Source: Azolla caroliniana (taxonomy: Eukaryota; Plantae; Polypodiophyta). From it: DNA of 64,000 bases. The stretch is from the NCBI GenBank assembly GCA_043228905.1, contig JBHGNT010000004.1:16368001-16432000 (forward strand). Direction: 5' to 3'. Below, in pieces: positions 1-12,700 of the stretch. A program made the position numbers and the translations under genes. Position 1 is the stretch's first letter. Each line of letters starts with the position of its first letter. The notes under the pieces were generated by a model that saw nothing but the letters and a program-made list of their open reading frames with translations, did not search any database and was not told where the DNA came from.

Positions 1-779
1 TGCACATGCACTTTCATTTATAAGATTTGTTACTCATATTTGTAATTTTAGTTATGATTTTTGGATACATATTTATTTGTTGTATATTGGTTTCTTGATT
101 GCCATTTCTTATTATAATGACAATGATTACCCGATAAAGTTACAAAGCCATATTATCGATAATGTAATGACCATGCTTCAAAACAATATTATCAATTGTG
201 CATAGTTATAAATGATTGAAACATCATGATTTCAAAAGGGCCACATGTATATAATTCTGCCTAGAATGTTATATGAAACTATGATTGAGTGAGCATTGTA
301 TTAATAATGAGTTAATCATTTCAATGATTTCTTTTAATGCAAACAAATTGCTAAAAGAAGTATAAAATATTCACATCCAAGCTAAGGTATAACCATATTT
401 GGTGCTATTAAAGGGTTTTGCAATTCAAAATATAAAAGATTAACTTTATTCTTGCTGAAAATATAACAAGTGGAGAACTTGAATGATAAAAAGTGGTATA
501 CTTTGTCTTACACAATCACCATCAAAACTATACCTATCTTTTAAAAGTCATACATGATGACGGATTTGAGTTGTTTCTATGCAATGGAATGGATACATCA
601 TACTCATTGCTTATTGTTTTTTTAGTTTCCAAAATGGTACTCATTACTTACTTTCTATTTCTTTTTGTGGGATGTATAAGAAAAATATTCATTTGTACTC
701 ATTAAATAGTTTTATTTGAGCTACTTGTAAAATAGTTTTATTCACATTACTCATAGCATACTAAAAGAACTGTGCAAAA

Positions 780-1530
780 AGTGGTTGGTGATAATACATG
801 AAGGCATTCAAAGATTCACTTGTTTTGTTGTCAAGACAATGTATCCATAATTAAAGGCATGAAGTACTTTGCCCGGTCAATAATTAAAACTACTCTCATT
901 GAGTATGTATTTTACATGGATGCACGAATGCAAGTAAAGTTTTCCATGTCTTTTTACTATGATGTCCAGTAGTCGAAACCATTTCTTTGCTCCTTGATTG
1001 ATTCAAGCGAATGTATAATGTTGGTTCCCATCTATATGGTTATACTACATTCGTTTAAAAGGAATTTTGGTGTAGCCCATTTCTAGCGAATAGCTTGTTC
1101 TTACAAATGGGATTAAAGCACCATGTACTAATGAGGTTTGCAAAGGGGTGAGATTTGACAACTAGTTATCTTCCATGTTTGCTTTTGTAGATAGATTGGC
1201 ATGGGGTAATCACTCTAAGAATGACAAGTTGTAAGCTTTAAAACTACCTTGATAGACCTTGATTTGCATATATTGCTTTCATTCGGTTCAATCAATGTCT
1301 ATCATGGTACTAATAAAGGCTACCACATGACAAATCGTTTTAGGTGAGTGAATGTACACGATTATGACCATAACATTTGGATTATGAAAAACTACAATGT
1401 TTTTTACCATTTTGTGTATGACTTTATATTTCACATGCTCGTGCAAGAATGCCAAGGATATCTAGTTGTAGGACTGATCCAAAATTAGCATATATGGGAA
1501 CAATGAAAAAGATACATGAATAGGAGGTAT
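780..1530 (+). pseudogene. Possible highly decayed CACTA/En-Spm transposase relic (DUF4218/DUF4216-like)
   Basis: Short translated patches only, e.g. ~1435-1515 SCKNAKDI..RTDPKLAYMGTMKKI, which resembles the ASAKD..P...YYG.I motif of En/Spm transposases. No ORF and no termini seen. Confidence 0.25.
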
Positions 1531-2032
1531 ATACAAGTAGAGTTTTGTGGAGTGACATCAAATTACATACATGCCCAACTTTTCTTCATCATATAATATT
1601 AGGATAAAAGATCTAGTCAAACCATATTAGAATATATGAAAGGGGGGTTATAACTCAATCTTCAACACAAATGCCCACAAGCTAATAACCCAATCATTTT
1701 TTACCCTTACTAATCGGGGAACAATTTCTCAAGCAACAATTTCTCCCTCTATTTTTGTTGTTTCAGTGTCCGAATTAAGTCAATAGAGTTGGTTTTCTTT
1801 TTTGTTTTTCTTGAGGTAAATGAGACCAACTTATACTATGTTGGATAGGGCTCTTTAATTGTAGTGGAAAAAGTTTGGCCTTGGGTAGGTAGGTGCACCT
1901 TGGCGTTATTATATATATGTCTACACGCCTCCTTAAATATATATGCCTCCTTATATATGCATATATCTATATAACATTCATAGATGGATGAATAGTTTCT
2001 ATTGGGGAGACTCTAGAGAGAGAGAGAGAGAG

Positions 2033-3412
2033 ATGGTGGTGCTTTGGGCATATGAATCCATGGGAGCACTTGTGCTTAGTATCCTCATGTTACTCCTCCT
2101 CTTGGTTCTATACATGAGACGGAAGTTTTCCCCTAGCATTTACCTCCTAGATTATGCATGCATCAAGGAGGACGATGAAAACAAGGCGACGATCGAACGG
2201 CTCATCTACTTCTCGGGTGAGCTCCAGACCATAACCATGAAGGACATCTTGTTCCAGATCAAAGTCTTCTTGAAGTCGGGCATCGGGGAAGAGGCATATG
2301 TCCCTAGGAGCAACCTAATGAAGGGTCATTCCATGGGCATACAAGATTACTACGAACAAGCCGACATCCTAGTCGTGGGTGCGGTTGAGAAGGTCCTTAA
2401 GAAGACCGCGATCTCGCCACAACTCATCGACGTGCTCGTCGTGAATAGTGGTATGTTCAACCCCACACCCTCCCTTACGTCTCTACTAATCCACCGCTTC
2501 AAAATGCGGCCCGACATAAAATCATTCCATTTGTCGGGAATGGGGTGCTCGGCGAGCCTAATCGCCATCGACCTCGCGAAAGACCTTCTCTCCGTGCACG
2601 ACCATCGGGGCATGCGCTTTGCCTTGGTGGCGAGCACCGAGATCTTGGGGTCGCTCTATGACGGGAAGCACCGGTCGATGATGGTCACCAATTGCTTGTT
2701 CCGGAGCGCGGGCAATGCGCTGCTCCTCTCCAACCGTAAGCTGCCCGGGGCAAAACTGAAGCTTTCCCACCTCGTCCGGGTCAACACTGCCGCCCAAGAC
2801 GACGCCCACTACGCGGTCGTCGTGAAAGAAGACGAGGACGGTGTCTTCGGGGCCGAGCTGAGCCCACAGCTCATAGATGTCGCGACGAAAGCTATCAATG
2901 TCAACATGACGAAGCTCGCGCCCAAAGTGTTACCCTTGCGGGAATTGTTGAAGGCAGGCGTGAATCAACTGCAGAGGCATGTGTTGAAAATGAAGAAAGT
3001 GAAGGCATATGTGCCTAATTTCAAGCTTGCCTTTGATCATTTCTGCATTCATCCCGGGAGCAAGGCAGTGATAGAAGGGGTAGGGAAGAGTCTAGGCCTA
3101 AGTGAGTATGACATAGAGCCTTCATTGATGGGTTTGCATAGGTTTGGCAACACATCTTGCTCTGGGATATGGTATGAGCTGGCGTATATTGAGGCTAAGA
3201 AGAGACTCAAGGTTGGGGATAAGGTATGGCAAATTGGGCTAGGCTCGGGCTTCAAGTGCAATAGTGCGGTTTGGGAGGTTTTACGAACATTGGATGGACC
3301 GATTTTCGACGCTAATCCATGGCATGATTGCATTGAGAGGTACCCTCTTCGCGAGGACCTCTCGAAAGTCCCTCATGTAACCCATTTATTAAGCACTCTA
3401 CCGAAATCATAA
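2033..3412 (+). CDS. KCS: 3-ketoacyl-CoA synthase (FAE1/CUT1-type very-long-chain fatty acid elongase condensing enzyme), intronless
   Basis: N-terminal TM helix, then IYLLDYAC, KSGIGEE, SGMGCSA (catalytic Cys), HFCIHPG (His), HRFGNTS (Asn) and WQIGLGSGFKCNSAVW. The ATG at 2033 follows a (GA)n 5' UTR tract and is preferred to the ORF-track ATG at 1943. Confidence 0.96.
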   Translation: MVVLWAYESMGALVLSILMLLLLLVLYMRRKFSPSIYLLDYACIKEDDENKATIERLIYFSGELQTITMKDILFQIKVFLKSGIGEEAYVPRSNLMKGHSMGIQDYYEQADILVVGAVEKVLKKTAISPQLIDVLVVNSGMFNPTPSLTSLLIHRFKMRPDIKSFHLSGMGCSASLIAIDLAKDLLSVHDHRGMRFALVASTEILGSLYDGKHRSMMVTNCLFRSAGNALLLSNRKLPGAKLKLSHLVRVNTAAQDDAHYAVVVKEDEDGVFGAELSPQLIDVATKAINVNMTKLAPKVLPLRELLKAGVNQLQRHVLKMKKVKAYVPNFKLAFDHFCIHPGSKAVIEGVGKSLGLSEYDIEPSLMGLHRFGNTSCSGIWYELAYIEAKKRLKVGDKVWQIGLGSGFKCNSAVWEVLRTLDGPIFDANPWHDCIERYPLREDLSKVPHVTHLLSTLPKS

Positions 3413-5329
3413 TGCAACATCGTTTCGATCGCGATCGAGCGCTAAAACGTAACATTTAGAAATGCATAGGCATAGGTTGAACTTGCACCAATTTTTTACT
3501 AGCTCGTTGTGGGAAACATGGGGGATGAATGCATGACCTTCTCAACTTAGACAACGGTTACCTTACAAAGTGAGCTACACGTTTGTGATCCTCCCTAGTT
3601 TTTTTGGCTTGGCTCGACAACCTTACCAAGTGAACTGCACCCATTTGATTGGTTTGATCTTTGTCTAGCTATAGATCACCTTGTTGCCAACATCTTTACT
3701 AATTAATGTACATAAGTTCTCTTGTCCCCTCTTGCAAGTTCTTTGATACTTCATTGATTGAGATCCATAAATCTCAATGAGACGTATCATCTCCATTCCC
3801 ATTCATGTTTCATTGTCCCTACCACTTTTTTCAACCATTTTTTTTCTATGTTAGATGTTGGTGGTGTATCGATTTTTGCCCATTAATGTTGTATACCTAT
3901 TGTCAAGTAGCAACCACAACAAAACAATAAATAAAAGAGTATCCGTCCTACTACTCAAGTATTTGCATTTAACGTGTACAAATTGACAAAATATCTGTAA
4001 AATACATCATATTTTTAATCACAATTGAAGCTTCTATCAAAATTAATGCACATGCATAAGGTTGATGGGGAGATTTTATGTAAAGTAGATAAGACAACAT
4101 AACTCACATATTTTTTCCACCCACTCTCACGATGTAAACCATTGGCACACCTTTTTGAGGACAACACATTCATGTTAAAATCTTAGCTTTAACCATAGTG
4201 TGGCCAAAACCTTTGCATAACACCTTGATTTGTCACTGCAACTTACAAGTTAATTAGAAGAATTTCCGTATTGTTTCCTTTGTAGAATTGTTAACATGCA
4301 TTAGGAAGGTGAAATACAAAGAAAGATAAAGACATTTTGATGATAAAGCTATAAGGTTGGACTTCAACAATGATAGTATGAAAGAAACTATATCACCTAG
4401 TAGGCCTTGTGCCCACCACAACAAAATCTTTATATGTATTCTCATCTACATTATTTTTTTACAAAATTAAACAATATTTTTAGGAGATCATCCTATGGTC
4501 TCTTGTGTAATATTGCTCAAGGATTACAAAAGTTGTGAAGGTAGACCGGTCATCAACTCTTCTAAAATTAAAGTTAACGATTGGATAATTACCGTGTGGG
4601 ACTAGATTCTTGTATAGTGGTGCCCAATAATTACAAAAGTTATGATGTTAGATGTAGAAGATCACGAAGAAGCCATCAATACTTAAAGTTTGACAATTGG
4701 TCATTATCATAGAGAAGTAGTGTGTGCATCCAAAGGTAATATATTTATCTAGTTTCCATTTCATGTCCATGTGTATCGTGATTCACCACTTCATTTCTAC
4801 TTAGTAGATTTCATCTTGTGCCCGTGATATATTGTAAAGGTAATGAGATAATAAGTGCATGCCTATTACAGGACAAAAGATGCATCCACTTTGTACATAA
4901 GTGTTACATTTAATTTCTTTTACGTATTAATGTTGCATCACAAATAAATAATGAAACTACTGTAAAAGCAAGATAGCATTTATTACATGTGAACATTAGA
5001 CATCTACAATAAAGAAAAAGAATTTTAGGATCACATTGTCTTCATCATTGACTAATGATTCAACTGATACCTTATCGTTAATATCTCATCCTAATTGCAA
5101 TAAGAGGTCGTGTCTGATTCAAATGTCATAAACATTCACATTGGAATACTATTGGAAATTATACTTTATGTGATATGATTAGTGTTGGGCACACTTTTTT
5201 ATCTTGACCAAAAATTATACTCAAGTGCGCCAGATTTCTTGGTTTTCTATTGACCATTACTTGACCATTACTTGACCAAAAGTTTCACAATTGTAATTAG
5301 ATATGGGTTCAATTTGGTTTCTTGACCTT

Positions 5330-5745
5330 GAAATCAAACTACATTGAACTATTTATACATAATAAAAACCAAACCAAAACATTTAACGAGTAAACCATTT
5401 ACACCAAACCACTGTCGTGATGTGGGAAATGCATAAGAGGAATTACGTTAAACAAGGAATATTAAAAAAGTTGATTGATAGTTTAACCATATAAATCTAA
5501 TTAATTAAACCAAAAACATTAAATTAAAAAAACATTTAAGTTAAATGAAGTCATTAAAAAACCGATTAATCAAACCAATAGGGAAACTAAAAAGCTAAAC
5601 CAAAAACCGAAAAATTGATAAACCTTAATTTTAGAACCAAAGTAAAACTAAATAGTTCAAACTAAATCAAACCATTCAATTATATTCAAAGATAAATAGC
5701 TAAACCATGGCTTAACAATTCAATTTGGTTTTTCACAAACCAAGT
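5330..5745. repeat. AT-rich tract of short AAACC/AACCG motifs (MITE/Helitron-like relic)
   Basis: Dense aaacc/aaaccg units. A near-direct repeat ttcaatttggttt occurs at ~5308 and ~5719. Confidence 0.35.
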
Positions 5746-5748
5746 CTT

Positions 5749-6259
5749 AACCATTATTGATCATGATATAGGTTTTCCATAGTTTCTTCTAATCTTATGA
5801 TATGTACTTATGGGTTAATTTTAAAAGGAATAAGGCTATACATTGAATTATTACATGGTCTGGCACCCCTCTTTTTTTCTTTGGTCTATAATTCCTTATA
5901 TTTTGCATACCAATAAATGGCGTGTGTGAACACAACATGGCTTGGTGTTTGGTGTTTTTTCGTTATAGATGGTAGTTAGCTAGCTTCTTATTGAGGGAGG
6001 CTTGAGGTTAGAGTATAACAAATTAATTAAGCAAAAAATAAGGGTTTATAGACCAAAGAGAGGAAAGAGGGGTGCAATTCCACTTGAACATCCTCAAACA
6101 ACGATGTGAGATGGACCTGAACCTCATCAAGGGTTGGTGTGAGTCGTACCTTGGGTTCTATGAGGATCACAAGTGCTTAGCTAAAAAACATTAACCCGCA
6201 TGTACTCATCATAAGATTAGGAAAAACTATGGAAACCTATCTCATGATCAGTTATGGCT
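5749..6259. mobile_element. Foldback/MITE-like element with two nested pairs of inverted repeats
   Basis: Outer arms 5749-5822 and 6185-6259, and inner arms 5862-5906 and 6031-6075, are imperfect reverse complements. Confidence 0.75.
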
Positions 6260-7354
6260 ATACAAATAAACCAATAAAAGGTTGCAACTAACATACTCTC
6301 GCACTTTAAAAGATTGCACTCTTGCAATGACTATTTGAGGATTCACGTGTGTGTTGATGTGCTTTGCCAATTAAAAAACTGATCAATTAGGCAAATAAAC
6401 CAATATGTTTGAGAAATGTAAAAGGTCTACAAACTTGTGGGGCTAATGTAGCCCAATTACCCATAAACAACGTCTTAAGAGTTTAAAATATAAATACCAT
6501 ATGTCCAAGGTTAAATACATGAGGTTGCCAATGCTTGTTATCATAAAATCATGGTCTGTATTGAGCAATAGTAACTTATCTCTTCCAATATGCAACATAT
6601 GTTTGCATATCCCTTAGATAGTTTATACAATGTATAAGTCATGATGATATATATTAACATCGCTTGAGGCTCGTAGCTAAAGTAATACATCAATATAAAA
6701 GAAACACATCCAATCATTGTATGTGTGGAGAAAACTCCATAATAGGAGGTTATTGTACCTATAACCTTGGAAATCCTCATTAATTTGAACACTTGTTCTA
6801 TAAGTCCATCAGACTTAGATTGGTCTATGGAGCTGATGCTCAAAGTTGTTTTTGGTGTTCCATAATGGAAATTTTAGCAAAAAATTCATTAGTAACTGGA
6901 AATCATTGTCACTCATTGTATGTTGATAGGTTGCAATGGTGACATTTAGTCACATTAATCATTGATATCAAGTGAAAAAGAAATGAGAAGAGATGATAAC
7001 ACTTGTATGATGTATTCCAAGATGTCATAGTGAGAGTACAAAACGAATTCATGTTTTTTGATCTGAGACAAATTTGGAACACAAACCTTTCCAATACAGT
7101 TGAGTAAACATTCATCAATGTGGAAGGTTCCTTGTGAGGATGTAGTGTTTAATAGAATCTAAAGTAGATGTGGCTCTTGACCATGATTTTTAAGATGCTC
7201 TATAAAGTTGGGCATGAAGGAGAAATCAAGATATTGATGGAGAAACTTGAAGTGAATATGGGGCTGGCCATAATCGGCTTACAAGTAGAAATGGAAGCAA
7301 CAAGAAAAAAACAGAAACAATAAGAATAGAGATACGAGGTTTAATGTGGAAACT

Positions 7355-7856
7355 TGAAAAAGAATATGAGTGCGGAAGCATGTGCGATAGACACTGAGCA
7401 CATAGTTGGTTTCGGAAACTCGACAGTTAGGTAAACACAGAGAATGGTGTGTGAGAGAGAGATAGAGAGAGCAGACAACAACTTCTATTTCGAATAATGA
7501 ACACTTTGTACATACATTATGCTCAATGAGCACTTTATTATACAAGCCCCTGACAAGTGGGCTAACACAAGTACCATCAGTACTTGAATGCTCATAAATG
7601 AGCCTGACACTAAATCTGTCTACAATATTCCTATTTACTATAGTAGGAATATAGACCCTCAACTGTCTTTCGGAATCCTTCCTACTCGGCTCATGGCCCT
7701 CGATTATCGACTTCTTCGGCCGAATCCTAGGCTCACGGCCTTTGGTCCTCGGTTCTCAGTTCTTGGCTTCTTTAGCCAAATCGGCCCATTGTTGAGGTTG
7801 TCTCTGAACAATCCCCCTCAAGCTCAACTTGAGGTCTCTTCGTGTCGATGTTAACG
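7355..7856 (-). mobile_element. Copia 3' LTR (7355-7810) with PPT and a short internal remnant; same family as the 54545-60258 element
   Basis: Reverse complement matches the LTR at 54545-54966. PPT (minus strand ttgaggggga) abuts 7811. Confidence 0.8.
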
Positions 7857-8469
7857 TGCAAAAGCGTTAGACAGAATCGGCTCAGCCGGATAGCAATAAA
7901 GAACAAGATGAAGGTTTAATGGAGAAGCTTAATACATAGAGAATATGCATGGGAGAGACACAGAGAAAGAGAGCAGAACATAAACTCTATTCAAAATAAC
8001 ACTCTAAAAACTCTATCCATACAATGTGCTATAACAACACTATTTATACAAAGTCCATAAAGGACTGACAGAAGTACTGACAGGTACTTCAATGCTCACA
8101 CGAGCGACTGACACTAACTACAAGACAATGATTACCTAGTAGTCTAGGCTACTACTAGGCTTTTGGTTTCCGCTCAAATCTGGCTCTCCGATCCGTCTCA
8201 CCGATCTGGCCGGTTGTATCCAGATACCGATTCGGCTCTAGCTTATTCAGCCGATCCGGATCCGGTTGAGCTTGCTCGCTCAACACTCCCCCTCAAGCTC
8301 AATTTGAGGTCGGATTGTGGTGTTAGTGTCCGTGGCAGCCGGTTCTTTCACATGACTCCTTCTAGCGTCGTTCCGCCTTGCTCGCGCTCCTCATCCAGTT
8401 TGGTTCCGCTTCCCGCGACCCTTCTGGTATGTTGGCCGGCAAGGCAAAAGGGCCGGTTAGAGTCCAAAA
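7857..8469 (-). mobile_element. Second Copia 3' LTR (7857-8285) with PPT and 3' end of pol extension
   Basis: Similar to the LTR at 35248-35697. Minus strand reads ...RPQIELEGEC* through PPT ttgagggggag into TGTTGAG. Confidence 0.8.
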
Positions 8470-9762
8470 TGTAAAAGGGGTATTTAATTAGGAATAGGGA
8501 GTTGAAATTAATAAGTACTATGTTATTTTGAGAATTAATAAGTATTATGTTATTTTGAGAAGCGGACGGACGGACCCATAATCGGTATGCCGATTCGGAT
8601 TTGGACCGGATCGTTGCCAGTTGCCAGTTGGCACCGGTTTGTAACTCAGTCGGAGACCTATAAAAGGACCCGGCAAGAATGTAATCAACGATGGATAATT
8701 AATAGAAGTGTTGTTGTTTACGTATGTTTAGTGTCTATCTGGTTACCGTCCTGTGCTTAATATAATTAATCTTACGCGTGTGTTATGACTAATTAATAGT
8801 GTCGGTTAGTAATCGGTTAAGACCCATTCGATACTACAGTCTATCCATATTTCCCTGTACCACCCTTTGGTGAAGTGTTCCATAGGGTCACCCTATGTTA
8901 GGGCTTGTCTTGCCTAAGGGATAACACAGTTTTTGGCGACCACGACTCCTGCAGTGAGCAGAGAACACCATGGCATGGATGTCTCGACTGACTAATGACC
9001 AAGTCACCGAACGAGGAAGAAGACTTGCCGAAAGACAGCAAAGGCAATCAGCCTTCCAGGAATTGGCCGATCTGACAGGATTGGTCTTTTCCTAGAGTGC
9101 TTCGGAGGGTCGCGGAAGAAGCACTTCAGTTCCAAACACAACAACTTTCCGACGAGGGCAATAGTCTAACGAGCCTGCAAGAGGCAGAAGCGCGATTGCG
9201 GATGCTTGCCAGAGGCAATGGAGACTCGGAGGCATTCTCGGCCTTAGAGTCGGAATCAGATAGTGAACAAAGTGTTCAGTTGAATTACAGATGCAACCAC
9301 GATACTACGGACGATCTGGAGGACGACGAATCAGACGGCTCATCAACACCACCCGCGGAGACAGTGGAAAACCGCACGCCAACACCACGCGCGGAGGAAG
9401 CTGAAAACCGCGCACCAACACCACCCGTGGAGACAGAAGAAAACCGCCCACCAACCACCCGTAGAGCAAGAACTAAATCACACATCTTCGATACAACCTC
9501 CCGAAGACTACACCATGCTGTACCCGTATCCGAAGTACCGTGATGACCCTGAGGCGGAGGCGCACGTCTATGCGTTCCTACAAACATGGGAAGCGAATCA
9601 TGTATCCCAAAGGCTGACCGAACCGGAAGCCGAATGGTAAGAAATTGCCAAATTCGGCATGACATTAGAGGGACCGACAACCCGTTGGCACGCAAAGCAC
9701 CTACCCGGAAGCTTTGCCACATTTGAGGCCTTGAAAACAAAATTCCTCTGACTATTCCATAG

Positions 9763-12700
9763 TGATAGGGTGTATAAGATAATAGATAGTTATACACTAT
9801 ATGAGGGCTTGACCAAACCGATTAGATGGAGTTGAAAATCATAATATATTATATAGCTCTAGGTAATTATGATTAGAGAGTATAACTCAAGAAACTAAGA
9901 AAAAAGATAGAGAAAGCGAGCAAGAAATAAGAATGTTCTGATATTCCAACATCAAGAGAATACAAAGGAGACAAACTCCACATTGAACTAAAACCAAAGA
10001 CCTTCCTCTTCTAAGACACTTCCTCTTCCACAAAGACACTTCTTCCTAACACTCCTCATCCACTCTTTTGCCTTCACTCTTCGCCCCCATCCTCACTAAT
10101 ATCACTTCTTCTTTTATAACCTTCCTCTTCTTATCCACGTTCATGCTATTTTAAGAAGCTTTTTATCTCCCTATTTTTAGCTATGACACATCGACCTTCT
10201 AATCGTCATATCTCCCTCATCCGATATCCAAATTAAGCGATTTAAAAAGCTATAGAAAGCTCTTTTTACAAGCTTTCTAATCCATATTTAAACGTGATAT
10301 TTGGATAAACAACGAGAGAGTTATGACCATTCTATTTTTACTATTTTTTATAGTCTGCGTTTTCTCTTTTTACTTTTCTCTTGGTCTCGTACTTTTACTT
10401 TTGACTTCTTCCCTAAGGTCTTAGTTCGTGTCCTTATCCTCAAAAGGTGAATTATCTATACTTTATATTCTCCTAATGTTCAATGGCTTAGATTCTAAAA
10501 ACACTTTCACATTTAGCCCTCCCCCTTGTTAGAGGCTAAGCCATTTATGGCGAAGCACTTATTGGCAGTACTTAACAAACAAAAGCTCTCTCGCCAATCT
10601 CTTGGCTATAGAAAATGAGAGAGATATAATAAAAAGAAAATAAAAAGATGTGAGTAAAACCCCCGCTAATCGGTAGGAAAAACCTCACATTCTCTACAAA
10701 TAAAAAAAATAATCACTATTACCATCTTCCTCTTTGTTAATAGAGAGAAAGATGGGTCTACAATATGGACTATTAAGAAAATAATGTATGGGGAAACAAG
10801 TCCACTTCTTGCTCCCATCCATCCGTATCAACAATATCATTAGTAACTTGGGGAATATAAGTAGGTCCCCGAGTTACATACTTTTTAAGGCGCCATCCGT
10901 TCACTCGATAAGAATGAAGTGCTCCATCCACATCTTTCAATTGGTAACTTCCGTTGTCATACTTTTTGTGAACCACAAAGGGTCCTTCCCACTTATTATC
11001 AAGCTTTTGTCCTTGAATATAATCATATCTATTATCATACCTAAGAACCAATGATCCTTCTTCAATGTGGTTGTCCTTGTGTTTTTTGTCATATGCCTCC
11101 TTTCTCTTCATTGCTTGATTTAAGTAATGCTCCACAGCTTCTTCTCTTGAATATTGTAGTAGATGGTTGCTCGCTAAACGACTCATCACATCATTTCCTT
11201 TTGAGCGATGCGATGCCTCCATTAGTCTATTACTTTTGATCTCAAGTTCGATCGGAAGTAACGCTTCTTTTCCATAAACCAAATAAAAAGGAGTAAAACC
11301 TGTGGAGGATTTATAAGAAACTCTATAAGCCCAAAGAGTATCATCCAAATACCTATCCCATGTTCTTACTTTGTCTTGCACTAACTTTGTCAAATTCTTC
11401 ACTATAAGCCCATTCACTTTCTCAACTGCACCATTTGCTTGAGGATAATAAGGCGTTGAATATCGATGCTTAATCTTCAACTTGCTTAATAGACAAGCTA
11501 ACATTTCACTCCTAAAACCGGGTCCATGATCGGATACAATCTCCATGGGAACTCCAAATCTAGTACAAATATTCTTATACACAAATTGGGCTACATCTTT
11601 GGCTTTAATCGAGGAAGTTGCTATAGCTTCCACCCACTTTGTCATGTAGTCAATGGCCACCAAAATAAACTCTTTACCATGTTGAGTTTTCGGAAGAGGT
11701 CCTACTGCATCAATTCCCCATTTCTCGAATGGAGCAAACACCACAATGGGTTGTAAAGGTCCACTTTGTAGATGTCTTATTCCCGCTTTTTGACATGCAT
11801 CACAAGATCTACACCAATCATGCACATCCCTATGGATAGTAGGCCATGTAAAACCAATTAGTAAAATCTTTCTTATCATTATATCATGGGCTAAATGCCC
11901 ACCACAAACTTCTTCATGCAACTTAAAGAGTATCTTTATAATCTCGCTTTTGTTAGGAACTCTTCGTAAAACTCCATCTTTCCCTTTGTTGTACAAATCT
12001 TCACCCACCAAATGATATTGTGAAGCCTTTGCCACCAAACGCTTTCTTTGCAAAGCATTGAGGTTATTTGGAAACTCTCCTTTATTAAGAAAATTATGTA
12101 CTTCCTCTAGGGAGTCTACATCTTTGCACGTCTCCAAAACACCAACGAAACCTTCCTTGATCTTATCTAATTGGGCTTGAGCTAAGGCATCCGCTTCTTT
12201 ATTGTATAATCTCCCCACATGCTTAACCTGTATCTTTTCAAAAGACCTTAGTAGACTCATTGCTTCTTTATAAAAATTTCTAAGCCCATCACTTTGACAT
12301 TTCCAATTGCCTTGAATTTGTTTAATTACCAATAAGGAATCACCCTTAAGAATTAATCTTTTTATCTTCATAGCTTTACATAGACGAAGACCATAACACA
12401 AGGTAGCATACTCCGCTTCATTATTTGAATTCACACCACTTAATGTAATACCTTCACTTTTTACTCTGTCTCCTTGAGGATCCTTGGGAATAATCCCACC
12501 CACGGCTATGTTTGTGGCTTTGCGAAATGCCCCATCAAAGAATAAGGTGAATGCATCCTCCATATCCGGCTCGGGAAGTGCCTTTCGTAGCTTTACCAAG
12601 TCTTCTTCATGAAAGGTTTCTCTAAAGGTGAGAAGATCCGCCAATTCGGCACGCATAGTTGATTCCAATTTGACTTCAAAATCAAACTCCGCCAATAGTA

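Noticed and set aside
1943-2032. Upstream ATG extending KCS by 30 aa
   Set aside because: Lies in the TATA/TA-rich region and reads through a (GA)n tract (RERERE); 2033 is the more plausible start.
3450-7300. Short ORFs in the AT-rich intergenic region (4254, 6541, 6909)
   Set aside because: No motifs or splice-consistent structure recognised.
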